The translations under genes were made by a program, and so were the position numbers. A stretch of 41,179 nucleotides of DNA, from the sequence record DRR723986_1877; one strand, given 5' to 3'. This document shows, piece after piece, positions 1 through 9,936 of the stretch. Position 1 is the stretch's first letter; each line of letters opens with the position of its first letter. The notes beneath the pieces are model-generated. The model ran no database searches, was not told where the DNA came from, and saw nothing but the letters and a program-made list of their open reading frames with translations.

Positions 1-1
1 G

Positions 2-1360
2 TTGATGCATATGGTGATCTCAAACGCCCATGCGGGTGATCCCTATAAGATCGACACGCTGTTCATGTATATGGCGAACATGTCGTGGAACTCCTCCATG
101 AACACCAAAGGTGTGATGGAGATGCTGACCGACAAGGATGAGAATGGCGATTACGTAATCCCGAACATCATCTATTCCGATGCCTACAGCTCGGAAATGG
201 TCGCCTATGCGGATCTGGTTCTGCCCGACACCACCTATCTGGAACGTCACGACTGTATCTCACTGCTGGATCGCCCGATTTGCGAGGCCGACGCGGCGGC
301 CGATGCCATCCGTTGGCCCGTGATCGAGCCTGACCGCGATGTGCGTGGGTTCCAGTCCGTGCTGTGTGAACTTGGCGCGCGCCTGAACTTGCCCGGTTTC
401 GTCAACGAAGACGGCAGCCAGAAATACGCGGATTACGGTGATTACATCGTCAACCACCAGCGCAAGCCGGGCATTGGCCCGCTTCACGGTTTCCGTGGCG
501 ATGGCACTGCAGCCGGCCGGGGCGATGTGAACCCCGAGCAGTTGGACAAGTACATCGAAAATGGTGGTTTCTGCGTCACGCATATCCCCGATGGTGCGGA
601 TTACTATAAACCTTGGAACGCGGCCTATCAGGATTGGGCGGTCGAAATCGGTCTCTACGATAGCCCGCAGCCCTATCTGTTCCAGCTCTATTCAGAACCA
701 ATGCGTAAGTTCCAACTGGCCGCCGAAGGTCATGGCGAACGCCAGCCCCCCGAACATCTGCGCGAGCGGATCAAGGAAACGCTGGACCCAATGCCGATCT
801 GGTATGAAACCGATCAAGAAGGCAACGAGGGTTTCACTGTCAACGCGCTCACACAGCGTCCAATGGCGATGTACCACTCGTGGGGCACGCAGAACGCGTG
901 GCTGCGTCAGCTGCACGGGCGTAACCCGCTGTATGTTCCAACCAAGCTGATGAAGCAGCACGGTCTGTCAGACGGCGATTGGGCCAAGGTCAGCTCTCCG
1001 CATGGTGAAATCACAGTTCCTGTCATGGAAATGGCGGCACTGAACGACAACACCGTCTGGACCTGGAACGCCATCGGCAAACGCAAAGGCACCTGGGCCT
1101 TGGAAGAGGACGCCCCCGAGGCGACCAAAGGCTTCTTGCTGAACCACCTGATCCACGAATTGCTGCCGCCCAAAGCGGACGGCATGCGGTGGGCCAACTC
1201 GGATCCCGTCACCGGTCAGGCGGCGTGGTTTGATTTGAAGGTCAAGATCGAAAGAGCCGGCGCGCCTGATGATCTGCCCGAAAGTCAGCCCGTGTTTGAG
1301 CCCATTAAATCACCGGTCGGAACCGGCCCCAAAAACCTCGCGTGGAAGGTAGGCAAATAA
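2..1360 (+). CDS. soeA: Molybdopterin oxidoreductase catalytic subunit, SoeA-type sulfite dehydrogenase (5'-truncated by window)
   Basis: DMSO-reductase-family motifs (YADLVLPDTTYLERHD; TQRPMAMYHSWG in the C-terminal dinucleotide-binding domain); followed by 4Fe-4S and DmsC-like anchor genes. Confidence 0.85.
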   Translation: MMHMVISNAHAGDPYKIDTLFMYMANMSWNSSMNTKGVMEMLTDKDENGDYVIPNIIYSDAYSSEMVAYADLVLPDTTYLERHDCISLLDRPICEADAAADAIRWPVIEPDRDVRGFQSVLCELGARLNLPGFVNEDGSQKYADYGDYIVNHQRKPGIGPLHGFRGDGTAAGRGDVNPEQLDKYIENGGFCVTHIPDGADYYKPWNAAYQDWAVEIGLYDSPQPYLFQLYSEPMRKFQLAAEGHGERQPPEHLRERIKETLDPMPIWYETDQEGNEGFTVNALTQRPMAMYHSWGTQNAWLRQLHGRNPLYVPTKLMKQHGLSDGDWAKVSSPHGEITVPVMEMAALNDNTVWTWNAIGKRKGTWALEEDAPEATKGFLLNHLIHELLPPKADGMRWANSDPVTGQAAWFDLKVKIERAGAPDDLPESQPVFEPIKSPVGTGPKNLAWKVGK

Positions 1361-2142
1361 TGACCCAACTCCCCCAATCCACCGACCGTAAAATGGGTCT
1401 GGTCATCGACCTTGATACCTGTGTTGGCTGCCATGCTTGCGTGATCTCATGCAAAGGGTGGAACACTGAAAACTACGGTGCTCCACTCTCGGATCAGGAT
1501 GCGTATGGCGGTGATCCGTCGGGTACTTTCCTAAACCGCGTGCACAGCTTTGAGGTGCAACCAACGCCGTGCCAGAGCAACCCAGCGCCCGAAGCACAGC
1601 TTATCCACTTTCCCAAGTCGTGCCTGCATTGCGAAGACGCGCCCTGCGTCACCGTTTGCCCCACTGGCGCCAGCTATAAGCGGGTCGAAGACGGCATCGT
1701 TTTGGTCAATGAATCTGACTGTATTGGCTGTGGCCTGTGCGCTTGGTCCTGCCCTTACGGCGCGCGCGAACTGGACCAAGCCGAAGGCGTGATGAAGAAA
1801 TGCACCCTGTGCGTGGACCGGATCTATAACGAGAACCTCGAAGAGGTGGACCGCATCCCGTCCTGTGTTCGGACCTGCCCCGCAGGGGCGCGCCACTTTG
1901 GCGATCTGGGTGATCCAAACAGCGACGTCAGCCAGTTGGTTGCCGAGCGCGGCGGAATGGATCTGATGCCTGAAATGGGCACCAAACCAGTCAACAAATA
2001 CCTGCCCCCTCGTCCCAAGGATACGATCGAAGAGCAGATCGACATCCTTGCCCCACTGCTTGCCCCCATCGCAGAAGAGCCTCAGGGCTTTATGGGATGG
2101 CTCGACAAAGCGCTCGACAAATTGCCCGGAGGTAATGCCTGA
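1360..2142 (+). CDS. soeB: 4Fe-4S dicluster electron-transfer subunit (SoeB/DmsB type)
   Basis: Four Cys clusters: CVGCHACVISC, CLHCEDAPCVTVCP, CIGCGLCAWSCPY, KCTLC...CVRTCP; ATG at 1360 overlaps the upstream TAA (TAATG). Confidence 0.88.
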   Translation: MTQLPQSTDRKMGLVIDLDTCVGCHACVISCKGWNTENYGAPLSDQDAYGGDPSGTFLNRVHSFEVQPTPCQSNPAPEAQLIHFPKSCLHCEDAPCVTVCPTGASYKRVEDGIVLVNESDCIGCGLCAWSCPYGARELDQAEGVMKKCTLCVDRIYNENLEEVDRIPSCVRTCPAGARHFGDLGDPNSDVSQLVAERGGMDLMPEMGTKPVNKYLPPRPKDTIEEQIDILAPLLAPIAEEPQGFMGWLDKALDKLPGGNA

Positions 2143-3014
2143 TGCATCCCGCACCTTCAGTTATCGTATTTACCACCCTGTCTGGTCTGGGTTTCGGCTT
2201 GTTGCTGTTCCTCGGTCTGGGCATGCCTGATGTGACCGGTTGGGTCGCTTTCGTCTTTTTCGCCATTGCTTATGCTTTGGCGGTGGGCGGATTGCTGGCG
2301 TCTACCTTTCACCTAGGTCATCCCGAACGCGCCATGAAGGCGTTTACGCAGTGGCGCTCCAGCTGGCTGAGCCGCGAAGGCTGGTGTGCTGTCATCGCTC
2401 TGCTTGTCATGGCGCCTTATGGGGCCGGGCTGGTGTTTCTGGATCAGAGCTATCCGATTCTTGGCCTCATCGGTGCTTTCTTTAGCCTGATGACCGTGTT
2501 CACCACCTCGATGATCTACACACAGCTCAAGACCATCCCGCGTTGGAACATGAAACTGACGCCTGCGATGTTCCTGTCGTTCAGCCTTGCGGGCGGCGCG
2601 CTGTTGTCGGGTCAGATCAAGGCCGCGATGGTTTTGCTGGCCGTGGCTGCCGTCGTACAGGTGATCTATTGGAAACAAGGCGATCAGGCCTTGGCCGCAT
2701 CTGGTACAGATATGGGCACCGCAACGGGTCTGGGATCCATCGGAGAAGTACGCGCGTTTGAACCACCGCACACTGGCACCAACTATCTGCTGCGCGAATT
2801 CGTGCATGTTGTCGGCCGGAAACACGCGGCTAAACTGCGTATCATCGCGTTCACGCTGGCCTTTGTTGTACCACTGCTACTGCTCTATCTTTCACCGCAT
2901 CACCTAGGCGCGCTGATTGCAGTCCTATCGCATCTGGTCGGCATCGCAGTGTCGCGCTGGTTGTTCTTTGCTCAGGCAGAGCACGTGGTAGGCCTCTACT
3001 ACGGTAAACGCTAA
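2142..3014 (+). CDS. soeC: DmsC/NrfD-like membrane anchor subunit (SoeC)
   Basis: MHPAPSVIVFTT start, HLGHPERA and SSWLSRE motifs, many hydrophobic helices; TGATG coupling to soeB. Confidence 0.85.
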   Translation: MHPAPSVIVFTTLSGLGFGLLLFLGLGMPDVTGWVAFVFFAIAYALAVGGLLASTFHLGHPERAMKAFTQWRSSWLSREGWCAVIALLVMAPYGAGLVFLDQSYPILGLIGAFFSLMTVFTTSMIYTQLKTIPRWNMKLTPAMFLSFSLAGGALLSGQIKAAMVLLAVAAVVQVIYWKQGDQALAASGTDMGTATGLGSIGEVRAFEPPHTGTNYLLREFVHVVGRKHAAKLRIIAFTLAFVVPLLLLYLSPHHLGALIAVLSHLVGIAVSRWLFFAQAEHVVGLYYGKR

Positions 3015-3017
3015 ATT

Positions 3018-3088
3018 TTCAGAGGGGGCCCACCCCCCTCTGAACACACGAAAAGGGCGGCGCTCCATATTGGAACGCCGCCCTTTTT
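3018..3088. terminator. Two adjacent hairpins between convergent soeC and dapA; the second is a bidirectional intrinsic terminator
   Basis: ttcagaggggg/ccccctctgaa (3018-3044) and aaaagggcggcg/cgccgccctttt (3051-3087) with A and T tails. Confidence 0.8.
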
Positions 3089-3107
3089 AATGACTATCGT
3101 CAGCCGA

Positions 3108-3980
3108 TCAGATCAGGCCAGCATGTTCCATCGCTGCGTCAATCGCCGCTTTGGTGCTGTCCTCCAGACCTGTCAAAGGCGAACGGACCTCTTCCGTACA
3201 CAGACCCAACTTGCTCAGGCCATATTTCGCACCGACCAGACCCGGCTCGATAAAGATCGCCTCGTGCAGAGGCATCAGCTTGTCTTGATACTTCAACGCT
3301 TTGGCGTAATCGCCAGCCAATGTCGCCTGCTGGAATTCAGCACACAGCTTTGGCGCAACGTTGGCGGTGACGGAAATACAGCCAACCCCACCATGCGCGT
3401 TAAAGCCCAACGCCGTCGCGTCTTCGCCAGACAGTTGGCAGAAATCAGCACCACAGCTGGCGCGCTGCTGGCTAACACGTGCGATATCACCCGTCGCGTC
3501 TTTAACTCCAATGATGCGCGGCAGCTTGGCCAGCTCACCCATCGTCGCCGGGGTCATATCAACGATGGATCGTCCGGGGATGTTGTAGATGATCAGCGGG
3601 ATATCAGCGCAGTCATGGGCTGCGGTGAAATGCGCCACCATGCCGCGCTGTGTCGGTTTATTGTAATACGGTGTCACAACCAGCGCTGCATCGGCACCGA
3701 TCTTGGACGCGAATTCAACAAAGCGAATCGTTTCCAGCGTGTTGTTAGATCCGGCACCTGCAATTACTGGCACACGACCAGCCGCCGCTTTGACCACTTC
3801 GGCCACAACGGTCTCATGTTCGTCATGGGTCAGCGTCGGGCTTTCGCCTGTGGTTCCCACCGGAACAAGACCGGTAGAACCTTCGCTGATGTGCCATTCG
3901 ACCAAGTGTTTGAGCGTATCCAGATCCAACGCGCCGTTGCGAAACGGGGTGACGAGGGCTGGCATTGAGCCTTTGAACAT
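3108..3980 (-). CDS. dapA: 4-hydroxy-tetrahydrodipicolinate synthase
   Basis: [30 protein letters not shown] and GVKDATGD motifs. Confidence 0.97.
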   Translation of the reverse strand: MFKGSMPALVTPFRNGALDLDTLKHLVEWHISEGSTGLVPVGTTGESPTLTHDEHETVVAEVVKAAAGRVPVIAGAGSNNTLETIRFVEFASKIGADAALVVTPYYNKPTQRGMVAHFTAAHDCADIPLIIYNIPGRSIVDMTPATMGELAKLPRIIGVKDATGDIARVSQQRASCGADFCQLSGEDATALGFNAHGGVGCISVTANVAPKLCAEFQQATLAGDYAKALKYQDKLMPLHEAIFIEPGLVGAKYGLSKLGLCTEEVRSPLTGLEDSTKAAIDAAMEHAGLI

Positions 3981-4116
3981 GGGTACGCTCCCTAGGTTGG
4001 ATCATGGTGGGCAAAACCCCACCGGATTTGCGCACTGCCGGGATTGTGTGTTGATCCGGGCGGCACACGGTTTATCGTGAAAGGCACTAGCCTTGGTTCG
4101 TTGGGAAATGCAAGTG

Positions 4117-6090
4117 ATGACACGAGTTCTGGCCCTTGGTGTGGCCCTCTTTTTCTACAGTTTCACACTTGTTGGCCCCGCTTTTGCGGATCAGGCGGCT
4201 CAACTCGCCTTGGCGCTCAAGGAAATGCGCGCTGAAAACTGGAATGAAGCCCTGCGTGTTGCAGGCAAACGCGGCTCGGTTTCGCGCGATATCATCGTTT
4301 GGCACTGGCTGCGCAAAGGGTACGGCGAATCGGGGGATGCCTTGGTGTTCCTCGACCGGCGACCTGATTGGCCGGGGCAGGCGTTTCTGCGGCGCAAAAG
4401 CGAGCCATCCTTTACCAATGCAGACCCACAACGCGCACTCAAATTCTACTCAGAACACCCCGCCCAAACCGCCGAGGGCGCCTTGAACTACGCCACAGCG
4501 TTGATCACCACCGGCAAACGCGGTGAGGGCGAGGCAGAATTGGTCGTTGCATGGCGCACAATGCCAATGGGCAGCGGGTTGCAGAAGATCTATCTGCAGA
4601 ACTATTCGAAGCTGCTCAAACCCCACCACGCCGCCCGGTTGGATCGGATGCTGTGGGAAGGACACAAGATTAGCTCCAAGCAGATGCTTTCCTTGGTCAG
4701 CTCCGACCAGCGCAAACTGGCTGAGGCGCGGCTCGGCCTGCAGAACATGTCGCCCGGTGTTGACCGTCTGATCGAAGCGGTTCCAGACAGTTTGTCCGAC
4801 GCGCCTGGGCTTGCATTTGACCGGTTTGTCTGGCGCGACCGCAAAGAGTTTGACGAAAGCGCCGTTGACCTGATGCTAGCGCGGTCCACCAGTCCCAAAG
4901 CCTTAGGCGAACCCGACAAATGGGGACCCAGACGCCGCAGGCTAGCCCGGTTGGAAATGCGTCAAGGGAACGACAAACGTGCCTATCGCGTCGCCGCACA
5001 CCACCATATGACCCCGGAAATGGGCTATGCCTATGCTGATCTGGAATGGCTTGCAGGCTTTATTGCGTTGCGCAAACTGGCGGACCCAGCAACCGCTGCA
5101 AAACACTTTGAGCGGTTCGAGGCCGCTGTTGCTTCGCCGATATCCAAAGGGCGCGCTGGCTACTGGTTGGGCCGGGCTTATGCGGCACAGGGCAATACAG
5201 ACAAAGCACAGGCCGGATACGCCTTAGGCGCAGAATATCAGACCTCCTTTTATGGCTTATTGGCCGCCGAGCAAATTGGCCGCCCCTTTGATGCAGCATT
5301 GGCCAATCCTCCGCAAAACCCACCATGGACCCAAGCGGATTTCACAACCTCATCCGTTTACAAGGCCGGACGTCTTTTGCTGCAAGCCAACGAGCTGAAC
5401 CTGGCCGAGCGGTTTTTCACCCACCTGACCGAGGGCTTGGATCCCGTGCAAGCCGCACAACTTGGGGATATGGCCATTGAACTGGGACAATCGCATCTGG
5501 CAGTCATGATCGCCAAACGCGCGGCCCGCACCGGGGTTGTTCTGCCTGCCGCCTATTACCCGGTGCACTCGGTTGCCAAACTACAACTGCCCATGGCCAA
5601 GGAAATGACCCTTGCCATTGCCCGCCGTGAAAGCGAATTCGACCACATCGTGATCAGCGGAGCCGGGGCACGAGGGTTGATGCAGGTGATGCCAGCAACC
5701 GCACAACTGGTGGCCAAGGATCTGGGTATTCTCGGGGCGCACCAAACCGGTCGCTTGACCTCGGATTGGAAGTACAACGCCAAATTGGGCGCGAATTACC
5801 TTGCCGGACTATCAGCCGAATTTGTCGGCAATGTTGTGATGATGTCCGCTGGATACAACGCCGGGCCCAAACGCCCGATCCGATGGATGGGCTTGTTCGG
5901 TGATCCACGCACCGGCTCTCCGGACATGATCGACTGGATCGAACACATCCCGTTCAACGAAACCCGAAACTATGTCATGCGAGTGACCGAAAGCCTGCCG
6001 GTTTATCGGGCGCGGTTAGGCAAAGACCCTCTGCCCATTCCGTTTTCGAAAGAGTTGAACGGATCAACGCTTGAGGCTTTCGCGCCATAA
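4117..6090 (+). CDS. Soluble lytic murein transglycosylase (Slt70-like); start may be 4108
   Basis: Signal-peptide-like N-terminus, helical repeat region, C-terminal SLT motifs IARRESEF, GARGLMQVMP, AGYNAGP, IPFNETRNYV. Confidence 0.92.
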   Translation: MTRVLALGVALFFYSFTLVGPAFADQAAQLALALKEMRAENWNEALRVAGKRGSVSRDIIVWHWLRKGYGESGDALVFLDRRPDWPGQAFLRRKSEPSFTNADPQRALKFYSEHPAQTAEGALNYATALITTGKRGEGEAELVVAWRTMPMGSGLQKIYLQNYSKLLKPHHAARLDRMLWEGHKISSKQMLSLVSSDQRKLAEARLGLQNMSPGVDRLIEAVPDSLSDAPGLAFDRFVWRDRKEFDESAVDLMLARSTSPKALGEPDKWGPRRRRLARLEMRQGNDKRAYRVAAHHHMTPEMGYAYADLEWLAGFIALRKLADPATAAKHFERFEAAVASPISKGRAGYWLGRAYAAQGNTDKAQAGYALGAEYQTSFYGLLAAEQIGRPFDAALANPPQNPPWTQADFTTSSVYKAGRLLLQANELNLAERFFTHLTEGLDPVQAAQLGDMAIELGQSHLAVMIAKRAARTGVVLPAAYYPVHSVAKLQLPMAKEMTLAIARRESEFDHIVISGAGARGLMQVMPATAQLVAKDLGILGAHQTGRLTSDWKYNAKLGANYLAGLSAEFVGNVVMMSAGYNAGPKRPIRWMGLFGDPRTGSPDMIDWIEHIPFNETRNYVMRVTESLPVYRARLGKDPLPIPFSKELNGSTLEAFAP

Positions 6091-6936
6091 CGTGAACAAC
6101 CCCGCCGAGATGATCAACCCGGTGCCGATTATGACGGCAATGCGCAGATCCTCGCCAAAAACTGTGATCCCAAGGATCGCAGTCCAAAACAGATGGAAAT
6201 AGGCAAAGGGTTGCACTGCGCTGGCCTCGGCCATTTCATAGCATTTCATCAACAGCCAGTGACCGGCCACACCCGATACACACAGCAAAGCCATCCAGCC
6301 CCAATCCTTTTGCGCCATCGGCTCCCAGAACCAGATGCCGATTGCCGTCATCATGATTGAGCCCACGATACCGGTCCAGAAAAAGCTGGTGGCAGTGCTG
6401 TCTTGGCGCGCTGCATAGCGCGTCAACAATCCATATAGGGCAAACATAAAGGCCGAAATCAGCGGAATAATGGCCCAAGGGTTAAACACCCCCATACCCG
6501 GCTGAAGAATAATCAGAACCCCGATGCACCCCACACCAATCGCCGCCCAGCGACGCCAGCCGACCTGCTCGCCTAATATGGGACCGCTAAGCGCAGCAAC
6601 AATGAGCGGATAACCAATAAACACCGCCTGACTTTCGATCAGGCCCAAGATCGTAAAGCCATAGACTGCGACACAGATTTCCCCGGCCAGCAACAGCCCA
6701 CGCAGGATTTGAACACCCTTTTGGTTGGTTTGCGCCGCCGCCCGAATTCCACCTGCTCTGCGCATGGCCAAAAAGATCACAAAGGCTGCAAAAAACCAGT
6801 AGCGGATCATCACCACCATATAGGTGTTATAGGCCCCGGCGAGATGGCGCGAGATCCCGTCCTGCAACGCAAAAACCACAGTCGCCCCCAGCATGAGCGC
6901 GATACCCGCCGGGACATTGTTCTTCTGTTGGTTCAC
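6064..6936 (-). CDS. DMT/EamA family transporter
   Basis: About 10 TM helices, ILGEQVGWRRW and ASAVQPFAY motifs; GTG start overlaps the mnmD stop. Confidence 0.9.
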   Translation of the reverse strand: MNQQKNNVPAGIALMLGATVVFALQDGISRHLAGAYNTYMVVMIRYWFFAAFVIFLAMRRAGGIRAAAQTNQKGVQILRGLLLAGEICVAVYGFTILGLIESQAVFIGYPLIVAALSGPILGEQVGWRRWAAIGVGCIGVLIILQPGMGVFNPWAIIPLISAFMFALYGLLTRYAARQDSTATSFFWTGIVGSIMMTAIGIWFWEPMAQKDWGWMALLCVSGVAGHWLLMKCYEMAEASAVQPFAYFHLFWTAILGITVFGEDLRIAVIIGTGLIISAGLFTLWRESLKR

Positions 6937-7598
6937 TGCTTTACCGCCTGCGTCATATGCCGTTTGTGCCCAAAACCCGGAGTTCTAGAGACGGTAAACC
7001 CAGCCTCTTGTAGTCCGCGCCGCACAAACCCTGCTGCCGTGTATGTCGCAACTGTTCCGCCTTGTCTGGTGTGGTTTGCGACATCAGCCATCAAACCCGA
7101 CCCCCAAAGTTCCGGATTCTTTGCAGGCGAAAATCCATCCAAGAACCACGCATCGGCCTGATCCTGCCACAGGGGCAGAGTTTCCCGCGCATCCCCCTCA
7201 ACCACTTTTAGCCGGAGCGTCCCAAGATCACAGGTGCCCCCTTGCCAAACCGCCAAAAACCGTTCGGCCCATGGGGCAACTTCGGGGAAAGCCTCTAACG
7301 CGCGCGCCATGTCATCGCGCGCCATCGGAAACGCCTCAAAACTGGTAAACTTCAGCGGATCGGTGCGGCCCGCGTTTTCCCACTCAGACCAAACCGTCAG
7401 CAAGTTCAAACCAGTCCCAAAGCCCAATTCAGCAATATGAAACCCGGACGCGAACCGCGCTGGCAAATCATTGCCATCCAGAAACACATGCCGCGTTTCA
7501 GCCAATCCGTTCTGGAGCGAAAAATACGGATCATCGAACTGATCCGACACCGGCACTTGGCCCTCGGCCCATGACAGTTTTGCGCGCTGGTCAGTCAT
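6933..7598 (-). CDS. mnmD: tRNA (mnm5s2U34) methyltransferase, stand-alone MnmD (MnmC2) domain
   Basis: FDDPYFS, GLAETRHVFL, IAELGFGTGLN, DAWFLDGFSPAKNPELW, PGFGHKRHM; start moved to the ATG at 7598. Confidence 0.92.
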   Translation of the reverse strand: MTDQRAKLSWAEGQVPVSDQFDDPYFSLQNGLAETRHVFLDGNDLPARFASGFHIAELGFGTGLNLLTVWSEWENAGRTDPLKFTSFEAFPMARDDMARALEAFPEVAPWAERFLAVWQGGTCDLGTLRLKVVEGDARETLPLWQDQADAWFLDGFSPAKNPELWGSGLMADVANHTRQGGTVATYTAAGFVRRGLQEAGFTVSRTPGFGHKRHMTQAVKQ

Positions 7599-7662
7599 GC
7601 GATGATCCCTTAGAGCCTGATGTGAAACGGCGCGACACTGGCGAAGGACAAGGGGATTGGCA

Positions 7663-8697
7663 ATGGTTGATGTGACGATACGCGGCGCGGGCATTTTCGG
7701 TCTCTCTATCGCTTGGACCTGTGCCCGTCATGGCGCAAAAGTCCGTGTCATTGACCCCCATGGCCCGGGTGCGGGGTCTTCTGGTGGGTTGGTCGGCGCG
7801 TTGGCGCCCCATGTGCCAGAAAACTGGAATTCCAAAAAAGCATTCCAGTTTGAGAGCCTGATCATGGCCGAACCCTTCTGGGCCGAGGTCGAAGCCGCCG
7901 GAGGCGTATCCCCCGGATATGGCCGCTTGGGGCGTCTGCAACCCATCGCTGACGAGCGAACACTGGCCCTTGCGCATCAGCGCAGCGAAACCGCAGCCGA
8001 TTTATGGCAGGGCAAAGCGACTTGGTCTGTGCGTTCGTCAACCGATCTGGGGGATTGGTGCCCGCCCAGCCCGACCGGTTTCGTCATTCATGACACCCTA
8101 AGCGGGCGTATGCACCCGCGTCGCGCCTGCGCCGCTTTGGTCGCAGCGTTGCGAGCCATGGACGTCGAGATCGCGCATGACGCCCCGGACGCCGGACAGG
8201 TGTTACACGCCACCGGTGTCACCGGGCTAAAAGATCTTTCAACTGCTTTTGACCGCCCGGTTGGAAATGGAGTGAAAGGGCAAGCCGCTTTGCTGCGGTT
8301 TGACGCTGGGCCGGTTCCACAACTCTATGCCGATGCATTGCACCTTATCCCCCATGCGGACGGAACACTGGCCATCGGGTCTACCTCTGAACGCGAATAT
8401 GACGATCCAGCCAGTACAGATGACGCGTTAGAGGACGTCATCGAACGCGCTATGCAGGCCCTGCCGGTGTTGCGCGGTGCCGAGGTCATCGAACGCTGGG
8501 CTGGCGTGCGTCCACGCGCCAAAAGTCGCGCGCCCATGTTGGGCGAACATCCCCTGTATCCCGGCCAGTTCATTGCGAACGGGGGGTTTAAAATCGGCTT
8601 TGGAATGGCCCCAAAGATAGCACAGGTGATGACCGAATTGATGCTGAACGGGACCGACACCATCCCCGAGGCCTTTAAACCCCAAGCCTCTCTTTAA
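7663..8697 (+). CDS. FAD-dependent oxidoreductase, DAO/glycine-oxidase family (candidate MnmC1-like)
   Basis: GAGIFG dinucleotide motif, GAGSSGG, VKGQ, WAGVRP, GGFKIGFGMAP; divergent from mnmD. Confidence 0.85.
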   Translation: MVDVTIRGAGIFGLSIAWTCARHGAKVRVIDPHGPGAGSSGGLVGALAPHVPENWNSKKAFQFESLIMAEPFWAEVEAAGGVSPGYGRLGRLQPIADERTLALAHQRSETAADLWQGKATWSVRSSTDLGDWCPPSPTGFVIHDTLSGRMHPRRACAALVAALRAMDVEIAHDAPDAGQVLHATGVTGLKDLSTAFDRPVGNGVKGQAALLRFDAGPVPQLYADALHLIPHADGTLAIGSTSEREYDDPASTDDALEDVIERAMQALPVLRGAEVIERWAGVRPRAKSRAPMLGEHPLYPGQFIANGGFKIGFGMAPKIAQVMTELMLNGTDTIPEAFKPQASL

Positions 8698-9503
8698 GCC
8701 GCCTCCGCCGTCGCTTGCATACACTGGCGTCCATCCGGACCGCGCACCCATAGATCAGCACCGTTCCGACACAGCTCGGCCGTTTCGAAATGCATCAACG
8801 GCGACGAGGCACGAAACGAAAACTCGGCCAAGGGGCCAATCACCTGTTCCGCCAGCAACATCAATTTTTGAGCCAGCAGCGGGCCGTGAACGACCAATCC
8901 TTCGTAGCCCTCCACATCGCGTGCGTATTCTTGGTCGTAATGAATGCGGTGCCCATTGAATGTCAGCGCCGAATACCGAAACAAAAGTGTTGAATCGAAC
9001 GCCACAGATTGGCGATCCGTCTCATCCATGCGCGCCATGGGTGCCACGGGGCGCGGGGCAGCGGGGTTCGGATCCTCGCGATATACAAGGTCCTGCCATT
9101 CTGTCAGACACACTGCGCCGTCTTGCCAAATTTCATGACGCAGGGTGGCAAAAGCCAGCGGTCCAGTGCGACCAATTTTCTTGCTAAATGTTTCTAGAAC
9201 AGATCGCTTTTCTGCCCGAAATCCCGCGAGCAAGGGCCGATTGAAGCGCAACCGTCCACCCGCCCACATTCGACGTGGCAATCCAAAATCTGGGATCAAC
9301 CCACCGCCCCCAACACGGGGATGGCCATCACGCCCCAATTGACCGGGTGGGTGCGGAGACCAGAAATAGAGCTGATGAAAGAACGGCGGCAAGACCGCCC
9401 CTTCTGTCACCTCAGGTGTCTGTCCCATTGCGATCTGAAACGCCGCTGCACGAGCGGGGTCCATCACATCACTTTGACTTTCGGTTGATAGATCGGCTTT
9501 CAT
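8694..9503 (-). CDS. Double hot-dog (MaoC/HTD2-like) acyl-CoA dehydratase/hydratase; start uncertain
   Basis: PRRMWAGG, LFRYSALTFNGHRIHYD and LVVHGPL motifs. Confidence 0.85.
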   Translation of the reverse strand: MKADLSTESQSDVMDPARAAAFQIAMGQTPEVTEGAVLPPFFHQLYFWSPHPPGQLGRDGHPRVGGGGLIPDFGLPRRMWAGGRLRFNRPLLAGFRAEKRSVLETFSKKIGRTGPLAFATLRHEIWQDGAVCLTEWQDLVYREDPNPAAPRPVAPMARMDETDRQSVAFDSTLLFRYSALTFNGHRIHYDQEYARDVEGYEGLVVHGPLLAQKLMLLAEQVIGPLAEFSFRASSPLMHFETAELCRNGADLWVRGPDGRQCMQATAEAA

Positions 9504-9540
9504 GTCGCAACATTACGCCGCTTTGCAGAAAGAACAACCA

Positions 9541-9936
9541 ATGCCTGTCCTCTCTTCGCTTGATCATCTGGTTCTGACAGTTGCGGATATTGCGATCACC
9601 ACGCGGTTTTACACAACCGTTCTGCAGATGGAGATCGAAGAATTCCACCCCGCAGATGGATCAACCCGCACGGCACTGAAGTTCGGACAGCAAAAAATCA
9701 ACCTGCATCCAGCATCCGCCCCGTTTGATCCCAAAGCTCAGAATGCCAATCCAGGGACAGCCGATCTGTGTTTCCTCTCCCAAACCCCGCTGGCCGAATG
9801 GCAAAGCCATCTCCACGCGCTCGACATCCAGATCGAAGAAGGGCCGGTGCCCCGCACAGGAGCAACCGGCCCAATTCTATCTCTTTATCTCCGCGACCCA
9901 GACGGCAATCTGATCGAAATCAGCAATTTGGCTTAG
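9541..9936 (+). CDS. VOC/glyoxalase family protein
   Basis: LDHLVLTVAD, QKINLH, PGTADLCF, GPVPRTGA, SLYLRDPDGNLIEIS. Confidence 0.9.
   Translation: MPVLSSLDHLVLTVADIAITTRFYTTVLQMEIEEFHPADGSTRTALKFGQQKINLHPASAPFDPKAQNANPGTADLCFLSQTPLAEWQSHLHALDIQIEEGPVPRTGATGPILSLYLRDPDGNLIEISNLA

Noticed and set aside
3090..3968. 292-aa plus-strand ORF
   Set aside because: Antisense shadow of dapA with no recognisable motifs; common opposite codon-biased genes in GC-rich DNA
6064..6090. 27-bp tail-to-tail overlap of the slt and DMT genes (4-bp overlaps also at 8694-8697 and 9933-9936)
   Set aside because: Short convergent overlaps are ordinary in compact alphaproteobacterial genomes
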